DNA of 64,000 nucleotides, taken from the NCBI GenBank assembly GCA_964016885.1, contig OZ024740.1, positions 198,586,001 through 198,650,000 of the forward strand, read 5' to 3'. A program made the position numbers and the translations under genes. Positions 1-13,583 of the stretch are shown one piece after another. The notes under the pieces are model-generated. The model was not told the DNA's origin, searched no databases, and was given only the letters and a program-made list of their open reading frames with translations. The DNA comes from Eledone cirrhosa. Lineage: Eukaryota. Positions within the stretch are counted from its first letter, which is position 1, and every line of letters begins with the position of its first letter.

Positions 1-703
1 AAAGGCAAAGCCGATACAGCTTGGGACCAGTGTTTTGCATTTCACTTTTCTAGCTGAGTGAACTGAAGTAGCGTAAAATGAATTCTCTTCTTGAAAGCCA
101 AAACATACCGCCCTCTCCTGGAATCGAAATCATGAACCTATGACGATGACCTTACACTCCAACCAATCAACCACGCACCTTCACTAAAGAAGAGGCTGTA
201 TGTTGCGAGAATAATAGAAGTAAAGTAAAATTTGGAATACCTTTGAAATACGAAAGTCTATGAGACACTATCTCATCAATTACTTAATACGCAAACAGAG
301 AACCCTTATACACATGAAAATGGCAAATTATATCAAAGTGAAAGAAGACAATTTAATGTGAAGATGTTGAAGAATGACAATTGAGAATTTATTGAACTCT
401 ACTGAAAATTTTACTTGATATTTGGTTTAAATCGCCATCTCAGTTTTATTCTGTCTATTATCTCTGCTTATCATTCAAATAATTATCTAAATTATTTCTC
501 TATTTCTATATCCTTCTAATTAGTTATCTATTTAATTATTTAATTAGTTCTTGCCTCCTCTCTCAACTCCTAGAAATGTGTGTTCCTTCGGTGACTGTAA
601 ATAAATGATGTTTACCACTTCTAAAGGATATCCATAGTATAAAAAGACTAATTAAACACCATACAGATATTCCCCCACCCCCACCCCCATACACACACAC
701 ACG

Positions 704-754
<51 letters not shown>

Positions 755-764
755 TATGTATACG

Positions 765-829
<65 letters not shown>

Positions 830-865
830 ACAGAACATTCAAAATATATGTTTAATACATTTTAT

Positions 866-911
866 TGCTGACAATCGTTTCTCCAAATAGTTGTTTGGCT
901 TTATCGGAGCA
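866..911 (-). ncRNA. Degenerate type I hammerhead ribozyme relic
   Basis: Minus strand reads TGCT-CCGATAA-(agccaaa..tttgga)-GAAAC-gatt-GTC-AGCA. Stems I and III pair, but the CUGAUGA core carries two substitutions. Confidence 0.45.
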
Positions 912-1240
912 TTGGCAAAGTTTAAACACATAAATACATTCCTATTCAACAGAACATTCATAAAGATACCTTGATAATATTGTTGCTATCAATAGTGTCA
1001 TATTCAAAGTCAGTCAAGATGTTGTGGTCTCCACCAAAGGATATAATAAAGAGTATAAAAGAAGGTTACTCACATAGGAGGATATTATTGGTACATAAAC
1101 ATATAGGCAGTAAGAATGCAGAGGTATTAAACATATACAGAATAATATGGCAAAGAATACAGAGGTATTAAGCATATACATCATAATATGGCCAAGATAT
1201 CACAAAATATAGGTGCAATAGTTTATATATAAGTATAAAT

Positions 1241-1280
<40 letters not shown>

Positions 1281-1285
<5 letters not shown>

Positions 1286-1349
1286 ATCCGGAATACATTG
1301 AGTTCTTCATACGGATTGGACACTACCGTAAACTCTTGGTAGATTTATC

Positions 1350-1355
<6 letters not shown>
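1281..1355 (+). repeat. ~75 bp dispersed repeat (also at ~15349-15422), probable PLE terminal fragment between TA tracts
   Basis: atgatatccggaatacattg...ggtagatttatctacat is near-identical to the segment downstream of the hammerhead at 15088-15225. Confidence 0.7.
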
Positions 1356-1397
<42 letters not shown>

Positions 1398-1513
1398 TAT
1401 ATATGCATTGACTGAATATGAACGTGTGCTTTTTTCTCACCCTTTCTGTCATTTTCCCCTGTTCCTTCCTCTTGTCACTCTTTACTTTCTTTTTATATTG
1501 TCTTTTTAATTGT

Positions 1514-1551
1514 ATCTTCTGATGAAAGACTAGTGTCCGAAACGTTAAGAT
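1514..1551 (+). ncRNA. Minimal type I hammerhead ribozyme (PLE type)
   Basis: ATCTT-CTGATGA-aaGAC tagt GTCc-GAAAC-GTT-AAGAT: 5-bp stem I, short stem II, palindromic loop-less stem III (ACGT), GUU triplet. Confidence 0.7.
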
Positions 1552-1663
1552 TCTTTCTGCTATTTCAAGTGTTAAACTATTATACTTCTTCCACGTAATG
1601 TGACGTTTGTTTTTATTTCTGTTTACCTATTGCACACACACACACACACACACACATACACCC

Positions 1664-1738
<75 letters not shown>

Positions 1739-2154
1739 GAGAGTATGAACATATGTATATAATATTGAATAATGTCTAAATAAGAATGAGTTTAGTAGCT
1801 AATTAATCCATTAATCCATTGTTTTACGATAATTTCAGAGAGAAAACTGATTTATAGACGAGTCGAATGCTAAGAGTTGCATAAGAACACATTGATAAAT
1901 GTTCCTCTCTGCTATGACCGTAATTCAATGGATGTATAAACTACTAGATCTTTTCTTAATCCATTACTGCTCAACATTATATATTTGACTCTATATTGTT
2001 AGAATAGTAAACGCCATGTAATGAGATACTATCTTTCTACAGAATAAAATCAAGCGTGACTGTAAATGTGTGCATAAATTGTAGTCTTAGTTATCTCTAC
2101 TCTGTGTATATAGATAACATTTCTCTATCTTTATTATTAATATTATTATTGATG

Positions 2155-2267
2155 AATCCCGCCGAGGTTGACTTTGCCTTTCATCCTTACGCGGTCGATA
2201 AAATAAAGTACCAGTAATGCACTGGGTAATTGCTGGCCTTGTGCCTAAAGTAGAAACAATTATTATT
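2155..2267 (+). mobile_element. 5'-truncated tRNA-derived SINE (Meta-domain-like)
   Basis: Matches the 3' half of the SINE family. attattattgatga is repeated on both sides (TSD). Confidence 0.85.
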
Positions 2268-2567
2268 GATGATGTAATTTGAATTTGTAAATTTGCCGGT
2301 TATTTTTTGTAACAGTTCCTGATGATCTGATTGCGCTAACATCGCATTTGAAATTGAGTGGCACTGCTTCAGCAATTTTTAGACAACTTAACCAGAGAAA
2401 CAATTGTCAAACTGTGAATAAATCCCCTTTTTTGTACTGTTGACCATGTTATTCTTCACTTTTTCAATTATATATATATAGTTAGGAAAGCAGAAAATTG
2501 TTTATTGTAATCCAGCTCGTGGATAAAATCCTTTTTTTAATGCTTACCTGTGTTTTCTCTTTCATTG

Positions 2568-2635
<68 letters not shown>

Positions 2636-3355
2636 TTATTATTATTATATATATATATATGTTATTATTTCTGGCATATTATTACAACAATATGACCCTC
2701 CCCAAGTATAACAATATTTGTTTCGACACTCGGTTTGATATCAAAATCCCTGCAAAATAAATAAATATATATATATATATATATTTTTTTTTTTTTTCAA
2801 GTTATTTTTTCAAGATATTTTTTCAAGTTCCAATTGAGTTCTAGCACGTTGCCTGAATTCCTTTTAGAATTCATTGTCCTGCGCATGTATTGTTTTTTTT
2901 TGGCGGTAATATACTTCCTCATTTTTTAATCAGTTTGAGTATTTCTTTGGAACTGCTGGAGTAGCAACCTAACAGATACCTCAGGCACTGATGGTGATTA
3001 TCGCTAAATACTGATATTGATTAGATTATCAATATTAGTATTATTGGGCACCCACTGAGGAATTATAAGAGCCCACTTGAATATATATCTGTTGATCGTA
3101 TACAAGCTCCTACATGAATTGGTATAATTTCACCCAAATTGTAGGAATCTTATAATGAAACGAGACGTCCGTTTGGGAAGAGATATATTCGATATGTCTC
3201 ATATGAAATAATACAGCCAATTTTCCACACAATACATTTAGTTAGCACCCCGAACGCTTAATTAGGAATATACTCACTTATTTCATAATGTTTGTTGAGT
3301 GAGTTGGAATTTGGCCGGAGTATCGCTAAAAGCTTTCTCCGATAATGTATTTATT

Positions 3356-3387
<32 letters not shown>

Positions 3388-3469
3388 AATATAATTAGGC
3401 TGCTCAGCCGTTAATATGCATAAGGAAAGTATATACTTTCAGACGTTCAACCATCTGACAGGAAGGTAT

Positions 3470-3512
3470 ACGATGCTGACGATAGCTAATAAGCTTGAAA
3501 CTAGTACATCGT
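3470..3512 (+). ncRNA. Type I hammerhead ribozyme
   Basis: ACGATG-CTGACGA-tAGCT aata AGCTt-GAAAC-TA-GTA-CATCGT. Stem I extends past a bulge (acagga/tcctgt), stem III is the palindrome ACTAGT, and the triplet is GUA. Confidence 0.8.
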
Positions 3513-3587
3513 TCCTGTGTCAGTGTTGAACAAAAAGGTGAGGTGGTTGCCTAAACACTGTACGGTGTAATTCGGGATGTTTGTTGT

Positions 3588-3785
3588 TTACAAACAAACC
3601 GAGCATTATAATAAATTTTCGGTAAACCGATACATGCATATATATATATGTGTGCATGTATGTATATATATACATACTACTGTACGTCTGTATACATATA
3701 TGTATGTACGGATACATACATACATACTTACATTTAAGTAACTGCCGTACTAAGAGTGAGAAATGAAATTTCGTTTCATTCTACT
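3588..3785 (+). repeat. ~200 bp dispersed repeat, second copy at ~9935-10128
   Basis: acaaacaaaccgagcattataataaa...gaaatgaaatttcgtttcattcta occurs twice with high identity. Both copies follow hammerhead-like motifs. Confidence 0.85.
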
Positions 3786-3820
3786 CACATGGGTTTATAA
3801 ATGAGGCTTGTTTACATAAT

Positions 3821-3999
3821 TGCAGTATCGGTAGAGGGTCGGACGCCATGCTTTCCAGCATAGTTACGTCCCTTTACGATCTGAGTTCAAATCCCGCCGA
3901 GGTTGACTCTGCCTTTCATCCTTACGGGGTCGATAAAATAAAGTACCAGTAATGCACTGGGTGATTGCTGGCCTTGTGCCTAAAGTAGAATCAATTATT
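3821..3999 (+). mobile_element. tRNA-derived SINE (Meta-domain-like)
   Basis: A-box-like gcagtatcgg, B box gagttcaaatcc, central gcctttcatccttacggggtcgataaaataaagtaccag, ATT tail. Confidence 0.9.
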
Positions 4000-4087
4000 A
4001 ATATTCGTAAACTCAGATTACATTTAATGTATTCAGTCATGTAGTACGAGACTTTTATTTTCTCATATATATATATACACACACAGA

Positions 4088-4169
<82 letters not shown>

Positions 4170-4801
4170 CACAGTTATAACGTTAGTGTACAATTCGGCT
4201 GCTAGCACACTTCTTAGTACATATTTTACCTAATTACCAACATGAGCTAATTAGTAGGTCCATTTGTGAATAATACTAAGAACGAATGGTTATATAAACC
4301 CACCGAAAGCGTGTTCCCTTATTAGTGTACAATTCGGCTGTTTAAATGATATGCACGTGTTGTGATGAGACCACAATTAAGACAGAACATGGTTTAAAGG
4401 TGTTTATCTGTGTTTCAATTTACAGGGAAATTCGTATTTTCGTGGTATGTTTACAATCCTAGATATTGAATATGTGTATATTTAATATGTAGTCATGCAT
4501 ATTTATATACACATTGGTGCAGTCAAGGTTACACGCAGTGTATGTATACAGATGTAACTTCATGGCTCACTTCAGTCTACTTCTCAATATATATATATAT
4601 AAATATAAATAATAAACATTTTAACATTTTTTCTTTCTTTGCTTTTCCTTGATTTTATAAATATAAATATATATATGTATCCATAAATATATAAAATCAT
4701 GATTTACGAAGCCAAAAGAAATTCGGGGCTACAAACTTATGAGTGGACACATTATGTTAATAGCAAGGAAGAAAAACGCGTCGGGTGATGATAATTATAT
4801 A

Positions 4802-4915
<114 letters not shown>

Positions 4916-5661
4916 CCATAGGAGAGAACTAAACCTCTATATTCGCGGCCTAGTACGATCGAACCTGTAACGCTCACCATTCTTCACTACACACGTATCT
5001 CCTAGTTGTGCGCAAAGAGCTAATTCCTAGCACTGATTCCCTATTCCAATATCTTTGAAATGCTGAGACACAAAGAAATATATGGCGCTTTGATTAGATC
5101 TAAGAACGTAATCTATAAGAAATAAATTCCAGTCATTAGTCGATATTTTGACTGCCTATATGACCTGAACTTATGAACCAATTTATACAAACTGATAATC
5201 AGGGTTATTAGATTATATAAAAATGTTAACGTTTATATCAAAATCATCACTTCCAATCAACACATTTCTGGCTGTCATTGATGAATTTGTTGGACAAAAC
5301 ATTTCAGTAATATCACATCAAATAAACTGAGACCCTGTATACATAGCTGCAATAAAAGGATAATTTATGAGTTAAACTATTGATATCTGTTTTTACAGAT
5401 ACAAATGGTTCGATTTTGAAAGAAAAGTGAGGAGACGAGATATAATGAAAATCATGCATTTCCAAGAGTATTCCCAATCAAAGATATGTGGGGGGAGTTT
5501 GGTAGAAGGAAACAGCATTACCCCGTCATATGCGCGCACACACATACAAATATATATATATGTATATATATATACATGCATACTTACACATGCATACCTA
5601 TATATATAGATAAACATATACATATTTACTATATAAATATATACTAATATATATATATATA

Positions 5662-5703
<42 letters not shown>

Positions 5704-5748
5704 GAGAGAGAGAGAGAGAGATAGAGAGAGAGAGAGAAGGAGAGAGTT

Positions 5749-5783
<35 letters not shown>

Positions 5784-5879
5784 ATCTGCAGTGCTGAGAC
5801 CGGGGAGACAACTATCATAGGAGAACTCAATGCATGGGGAGATGCTGAGTGGGTATAAGTATCCCTTCTATCACAAATG

Positions 5880-6062
5880 ACGATGGTATCGCACCTAGAA
5901 AGTTCCCTTCCGAGGCACAAGCCTGGGCAAGGTGTGTCTGTAGAACATCGGTAATCGCCCATGCATACCAGTCTTTCCTCTCTACACCAGTGATGTTGTC
6001 CAAATGAAAGGCAAAGGCCGATACAGCTTGTCACCAGTGATGTCGCAACTCTCATTTCTATT
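5880..6062. repeat. Dispersed retroposon-like repeat fragment, shared with positions 1-55
   Basis: aaaggcaaa(g)gccgatacagcttg..accagtg is present at both loci. Confidence 0.5.
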
Positions 6063-6239
6063 GCTTAGGAACACAATACCACACCACCATATTGATTCTT
6101 CACTTCCTGAAAGTTAAAAGGTCGTTTGTTGTTAAAATTCGCAAAGAGCTGGAAGCCGCTAAACGGTGTCACTACTGAAGTAAAACGCAAAATGCATTCT
6201 AATGTTCCTAACACCAACAGAATACTCAGAGTTGTATAA

Positions 6240-6800
6240 AAAGTGTAAACAAATATGGAAAAGAGAGTCAATTAACGCTATTTATAAGGAGGTCCACGTT
6301 TCAAGGTACACTATCAGAAGAATTATGATTGAGGACACCGGTACCTATCATATTTCATGTGGAGAGGCTAATTCATGCCTGCAAACTGAACAGATAACCG
6401 TCTGAACAGCGCGATGCACTTGTTGAACAAGTTGAAACATCAAGATTTATGTGCTTTGGGTTTTTTCCTGGAGTGAAAACTTTGATTAGGACCAAACAGT
6501 GAACCGAAGTATTGACAGATATTTATGCAGAGACTAAAGACGTTTCAACGTTTTTTGAACACAACGATTCCTGTAAATGTGCTGGTTCTGTGAGTCGCGA
6601 GCAACGAGGGAGATGTTATGCTGCGTCACTTCTTAGAGCTTAAGGACCAATACTGCTGTCTATAAGGAGGTGTTGTAGAAGGTTATGATGCGTTGTATAG
6701 AGAGCATGAGCAAACGAAAAGCATGCACCTAGCAGAATGACACTGCCTCGTCTCATAAGACCAATAAAACCGAAGAATTGATGCGTTTTAGGTTCACTTC
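6240..6800 (+). pseudogene. Decayed Tc1/mariner-superfamily transposase fragment (maT/DD37D-like)
   Basis: Frameshifted pieces read VSRYTIRRIM (HTH region), LLNKLK, SNEGDVM, NTAVYKEVL and QNDTASSHKTNKT (compare QQDSAPAHK). Confidence 0.6.
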
Positions 6801-6987
6801 ACAACATTTTCATGAGTCAAATACACGTATTTCGCTGTGTAAGTTATTGTTTCGGCAGCGAATCACCCATATTCGACAGATGAAAACGTGAATTTAATCA
6901 GATTTTTATATTAGAGCTTGTCCTTCGAATGAGTGCTCTCTGCTAATTGTGGCTATAATTTTTACAAAATTTACAACACTATATATT

Positions 6988-7021
<34 letters not shown>

Positions 7022-7049
7022 CGAACGGGTTTATAAACATATACACATA

Positions 7050-7106
<57 letters not shown>

Positions 7107-7122
7107 CTCTCTCTCTATATAT

Positions 7123-7417
7123 ATAGGAACAAGTATGACCCCGACGGCAGAGCTCAAGCCGTTTCGACGGCTAATTCTGGACTGAGGCGTGGTAGGGTCG
7201 GAAAGTGTTCTACTACGGAAATAGGAGCTAGATAATGAAGGAAATGTGGTAAGGAACCAGATGGACCATAAAGCACCAAAGTACTCAATACTTAGGGTAG
7301 TAGAGTGGGTAATAGGAACAAGTATGACTCCGACGGCAGAGCTCAAGCCGTTTCGACGGCTAATTCTGGACTACTTTGGTGCGTTATGGTCCATCTATTT
7401 CATTACCACATTTCGTT
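7123..7417 (-). mobile_element. PLE-type terminal fragment with 61-bp direct repeat plus ~46-bp inverted repeat; 3' half of a hammerhead
   Basis: Direct repeats 7123-7183/7312-7372 and inverted repeats 7238-7283/7372-7417. Minus strand reads GAAAC-GGC..GCC-GTC. Related to 11705-11850. Confidence 0.65.
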
Positions 7418-7420
7418 CGT

Positions 7421-7454
<34 letters not shown>

Positions 7455-8104
7455 TAGAGAGAGAGAGAGGGGGAGAGAGGGGTGTATACATGCGTATATA
7501 CAAACATTAACAGAAAAACAAAACCAGAACACGACTGAAGGTTGTTCTAATTGTGAATATTAGTTTAACGCTCGGGAGATTTGCAAAACTTTAATTACAT
7601 AAAGTTTCAATCTACGTCTGTCTTGAGACGGTAGAGAGAGAGAGGAAGAAATAACATTTAGGAAAGTGACATCAAAAACAAATATTGAAAACGAATAGAC
7701 GAAGAGTAAATATAAACATATTTGGTCTTGTTCTTCAATCATCACGTTCGTAATGCAAAGAATTATTTTCATCATACAAGTAAACTCAAACATGTTCGAC
7801 AAGTACGCCGTGTGAGTAAAAGGGGAGCTGGAAATTGAGTGGAACAAACTGAGGTGATGGGCTCAGTCTGAGTCGGCACACTACAAAGGAATTGTTGTTC
7901 AGGTCTTGACTAGGGCGAGCTGTGATGAAAACCAATATAAAACACTAAGTGTGTAGGTGACTTGACAAATGAAGGTCAATAATGCAAGTACCTGACTTGA
8001 AATATAAGCCCGCTGACTAATGACTGAATCCTGTAAATATATTCTGAAACATATTAACGGGGGTCACATAGTTTTAGGAAAATATAATGTTACAAACAAT
8101 ATAT

Positions 8105-8291
8105 AATTGTTTCTACTTTAGGCACAAGGCCAGCAATTACCCAGTGCATTATGGTACTTTATTTTATCGACCCCGTAAGGATGAAAGGCAAAGTCAACCT
8201 CAGCGGGATTTGAACTCAGATCGTAAAGGGACGTAACTATGCTGGAAACCATGGCGTCCGACCCTCTACCTATACTGCCAATCCACCGCCT
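8105..8291 (-). mobile_element. Full-length SINE with 16-bp TSD
   Basis: Family match. acaaacaatatataat occurs at 8092-8107 and 8293-8308. Confidence 0.9.
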
Positions 8292-8867
8292 AACAAACAA
8301 TATATAATGCTCTTTATAGAGGTACAATGACAGAAATTTGAAATGAGATACTTAAATCAACTACATGATATTTAATTCTACTGCGATACTCCTCTCTCTG
8401 AATTATGAAAGCAATCAATTAACCTATTCGGGATTAAAACTACGAATGTAATAAGGGAAACAAATAACAAATACGACAAAGTATTATGTTTGGCGTTCTG
8501 CCAATTCACTCTCCAGACGAGTCTATAATTTTGTTTTGAATTTAGGCACAACGTAAGCGATTTAAAATCAACTCCAGTATTTGGAAGGTTTTTATTACAT
8601 GAAGCCGTAGATGTTTGAAAGGCATACTTAATCTCGGTAGGATTTCAACTGAGATCATTAAGAGCAATAATAAGGAAGACAAATTATTTTGGCGGACGAT
8701 CGAACGACTCAGGTGAGCGTGTTATGATGCTACATAGGTGTAATTAGTGGAGATATATCAACATATACAATTGCGAACCAGCAGGAAATTACCTCTGAAA
8801 TATATCATATCCTAGCTTTTACATAATAAATTTGATGTGATGAACTAAAACTTTATTACCTTCTACT

Positions 8868-8870
<3 letters not shown>

Positions 8871-8933
<63 letters not shown>

Positions 8934-9417
8934 TGAGAATGTCTCTGTGTGTGTGTGTGAGTTTGAATCTAAACCCAACCGACTGTTTTCAAACTTTACA
9001 CATGTAATACTTATGTTTTAGGAAGTGTTCTGAGCAAAAACAATTGCAAATTTTCAATGCCCTAGGGACCGCGTTAGGCGATCAGTGATCTCTCTCTATA
9101 ATTCTTAGTCTTTCTCTTTTTATATAGATACATACATATAACGTCGCACCCTTATAATATCTGTCTGTATGTCTGGCTGTCTGCTGCCTACGGTTATTCT
9201 GCCACCTTTGCTCAAGAGAAATCTCACACTCATTCCCCAAACAGTTGGTAAGTGCACATAACTTCTGCCTCACGTTTTAAGCCACAGTGTTGCTTACTTA
9301 CGTACCACCAGACCCTTACTTCTTTGCGAGCCGTGGTTGTGGCAATACTAAGCTCAGCTAAGGCGGTTATATATTTCACAATACCTTATCCCGTGCAACG
9401 CCGGGTACGAATGCTAG
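8871..9417 (+). mobile_element. Non-autonomous Helitron-like element
   Basis: Starts ctatata...aaaa and ends with hairpin cccgtgcaacgccggg followed by CTAG|T, the canonical Helitron 3' terminus. The 5' TC is not exact. Confidence 0.65.
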
Positions 9418-11656
9418 TATATATATAAAGTTGCGTTAATATTATGACTATGATAATATTAACTGGAGTAGTTAAACTCGTTTACAAGTTAATTTAAATT
9501 TCAATGCAGTGGTGGTCACGCAGAGCTGTTAAACATTAATTTCAGAATGTAATTGGAACTCAAAATAAAATTCTCTCTATCTATAACTCTCACACTAGCC
9601 ATGTCTTCATCATTGCCATAATTGAATTGTTTTTTGAATAGTTTTTGAAATTGCACTTTTGATTTTTTTTGGAAAGGCCTGTAAACTGTTAACACAATGA
9701 ATAATTAATAAGTGCTTTAATGTAATGAATTGTTATCATAAGTGCAATAATAATGAAGCCTTTAATAAACTCTGATGATTCCGATACCGTATTGAAACAT
9801 AGAGGTTAAATTATAATATTATAACCCACCGGTAGAATGTGTATGCCGGCAGAAACATCTTTTAGTTTGATAATGCATTGAATCATCAGTGTTTCTGAAG
9901 TTAATGTATATATATATATGTATATATATATATATACAAACAAACCGAGCATTATAATAAATGTTCGGTAAACCGATACGTGCATATATATATGTGTGCA
10001 TGTATGTATATATATACATACTACTGTACGTCTGTATACATATATGTATGTACGTATACATACATACATACTTACAATTAAGTAAGTGCCGTACCATGAG
10101 TGAGAAATGAAATTTCGTTTCATTCTATTCCATTTATATATATATATATATATAATTATATAATTATAATAAAATACGAAGACTAGCTCTACATAATTCT
10201 TTGTATTACGTGAATATCCACATGTGCGTATATATATACATATATAATATAATATATATGAGTGTGTCTGTGCGTGTGTGTGTGTGTGTGTGTGGCAAAA
10301 TCGTGTCGAACCTGGGATATCTCACTCATGAAGACCCAACACCCCGACAAATAGGAATACTTAAATACATTCTTATGCCTAAGTCTATATTCTGTTATAT
10401 GTCGAAGCAAAATCACAAATATAAATTCACTTTCTGGCAGATTGTTAGGATTTTCATATATATAAGCATAAGGTTGTATTTAAAAGAAGATTCAGTTTCA
10501 CATGCAGTTATTAGATAGTCGATTGGTACAGTGCTTCGATTTACAGTTAACTTTCATTCCTATATGTTGTCCTGTTCTCAGCGCTCCGAGTTTCATTTCC
10601 ACTCGAGAGTTTATCGTTTTCATATTTGGGGTCAATAAAGAAAGTGCGAACCAAGTGCTGGGGCATATCCCTTCCCTCCCACGGTAGCATCGCGGATATT
10701 CCACTGGAGTAATGTGTGGAGGGGTTAAAGATAGCCATTGTCTGCTCGTGCCTACATTGGAATCTAAACACATTAGCGAATGCATGGCACAAGCTCAAAA
10801 TTCTTCCTCGATTGAAAGTGAGGGCCTTTGTTTTGTTATTTATAGGTTTAACATATCTCACGTTAATGACAACTCAATCCTTGGCACCGCCTATATTTAA
10901 CATATTTTGCCTATGTAAAACTATAGACTTATTCAGTCGCTATTTTCGTAAAACACACTGGTGCATATATTTCAATGCATTATAACTGTCAATCACTGTC
11001 AATCCAAATATTCACATGCCATACTCACTATCCAATAAGACACTAATTTATTTCTTAGATCAGATAAACGAAATGTTCCTCGTTGGAGAACATTTTTTAA
11101 AAGTTCGGTAGCAATTAATAAAAGTGTTTCATATATTTCCATATATCGCCCCTGTCTATTTCTCTGTAGGTAGAGGTGTAAACATATACTTCACCATTCT
11201 CACACACATGTGTCACTTTTTTTAACATTCTTTCTCTAAATATATATGTGCCTGTAGGCGGTAGTAAAATACCGCTTTTTGACACATCCAGATGCATACA
11301 CACATACACACTATCTCTCTCACACATACACTCACACACCCACATATATATATATATTCAATGTAATATTTTGGGAGAGTCATGCTGCCAATAAAAGATA
11401 CACACACCAGTTGAGTTTTTCTGGTTTTTGTTTTTACTATTTGAGTAAATATAGATTAGTAACTAGATGGTTGTTTAATTATTGATAGTCATGTTAATTA
11501 TCAAAGCGTTTTTGTGACCTCCTCAATGAATATTCTTGTTAATCTGTGTCCTCTTTTTTTTGTATTTTGCTCCATCTTGATTTATTTTTATATATGGTTC
11601 AAAACAAGATTTCACATCAAGAATCTTGCCCACCCCCACCAAAAAGGAAAAACGAA

Positions 11657-11704
<48 letters not shown>

Positions 11705-11712
<8 letters not shown>

Positions 11713-12330
11713 AGATTCAGGACCCCGATGTCGAAAGGACCGGAGCTCAGCCGTTGGGGTCCTGAATCCTTTCATATTACCCACTCTACCACCCCAAGTA
11801 ACGAGTAATCTGGTGCGTTATGGTCCACCTAGTATTTTACCACCTTTCTCTCTCTGAGCACTCGATGTTTAGGTTCACTTCTTTGTCGAGGTGTAGAGCT
11901 ATACAGAGCTTCTATGGTTTTACCAGCGTTCCTTAAACGTTTAGCAATGCTTTTTACCAGCGTTCCTTAACGTAATGGAGGCCGCACCTATGTATGAGTA
12001 CTCCTTATTTCCAGCTGTGACGACATCCACTATGTTTAGGGAGCGTTGGTATAACCATAGAAGCTCCCTTAAACATAGGCTGAAACGATCCCAACTAGAC
12101 TGGCCGATTTGATCTGGGACCTCAAGGACAGGAACATCGAATTCCAGATCATATGGTCAGTCAAAAGACGCGTGGTCCAACTCCCCAGTGACAGAAACCA
12201 CTGCAGGTTATGCCTGGCCGAGGTGGCTGAGATAATTAAATTAAAATCTGCCATAAACTATAGGTCGGACATAATTATCAATTACAGACACACCAGATTG
12301 AACACCTTTTCTACACAAACATTCGGCTGA
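11705..12330 (+). mobile_element. Penelope-like element fragment: terminal hairpin plus C-terminal GIY-YIG endonuclease region
   Basis: Translates FRERWYNHRSS...LIWDLK...IIWSVK...CRLCLAE...INYRSD...RH, matching the PLE endonuclease C-terminus (CxLCxxE, LNxRSE..CxH). A 24-bp-arm hairpin lies at 11705-11777. Confidence 0.8.
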
Positions 12331-12530
12331 GGGCCGCACACTCACCATGAGCCAACATAATATTAACCACCTTTGCCCTGTCTCACCGTCTTCATCTCAG
12401 TGCATTTGTTTTATAGCATGTAACCCTTTGTAAGTCCAAATGTTGTATATATCATGCCGCATACATCACCCCCACCAAAAGACACATCGCCATACACCCC
12501 TCATATTAGTACCATTATGTTCTAACTGTC

Positions 12531-13156
12531 CTCTCTGTCAGGTTTTACCTTGTAATCCACTGTAGCATCCGATCCTCTAAATATAATGTTGTTCAAATCA
12601 CCCCATCGCCACCACCACCAGCACCACCACCGCACATATCGTTACATGTCTACTATCCCACACCTACAACCTTGTTCCCCCATGTTCCCTCTGTCTGTTT
12701 TAACCTACAATCATTCGTTAAATTCGATCCTGTAAATGTACTGTCGCACACACCACCACCGCCACCACTAGATACAACTCCATACTTCAACAATCATTAA
12801 CATCATTAACATCACCAACACATATCACTTCTCCCTTCAGGAACCACAATGTGATATCTGCCCTCTCAGTCAGCTTTACCTTGTAAACCACCGTAACATC
12901 TGATCATGTAAATATATTGTTGAACATATCACCCCATCATCACCACCACCACCACCACAACCACACACATCGCAAGATGTTCACAACCTTGTTTTCCCGT
13001 GTTCCCTATGTCACTTTTTAACCTGTAACACATCGTATAATTCGATCCTGTATATTTTCTGTCACTGACAACACCACCACCGCCACCACAAGGCACATCT
13101 CCATACTCTAACAATCATTAACATCATTAACATCGCCAACACATACTTTCCCTCCC
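12531..13156 (+). repeat. Diverged ~330 bp tandem duplication (C/A-rich), in the presumed PLE 3' region
   Basis: tttaccttgtaa.ccac.gta.catc...caatcattaacatcattaacatc occurs at ~12540-12835 and ~12872-13150. Confidence 0.8.
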
Positions 13157-13186
13157 TACACAACGCAAGTGTGGGTGTCTGTGTGT

Positions 13187-13228
<42 letters not shown>

Positions 13229-13500
13229 GGACATGATATTCCTACACTTATTTAACTCGAAACATATTTGGATCTTAAAGTTTAAACTTATCTACGGAAC
13301 AGGTTTGATTTTGAAATTTAAATGTGTCTAAACATCACGGCCTTTTGCCAATACAGTTCGTCTCCGTTGATTTATTATTTTAAATCGATATGGACAAACT
13401 GTAGTATAATAATTAGTATACTTCAATCTGGCTAAATTTTTCTTTCACAATATATATACAGATGTGTTGGTATCTGTGTTTCATCACATACATATTAATT

Positions 13501-13583
<83 letters not shown>

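Noticed and set aside
3821-3900. tRNA gene suggested by A/B boxes
   Set aside because: No cloverleaf is evident and the sequence continues into the multi-copy SINE body.
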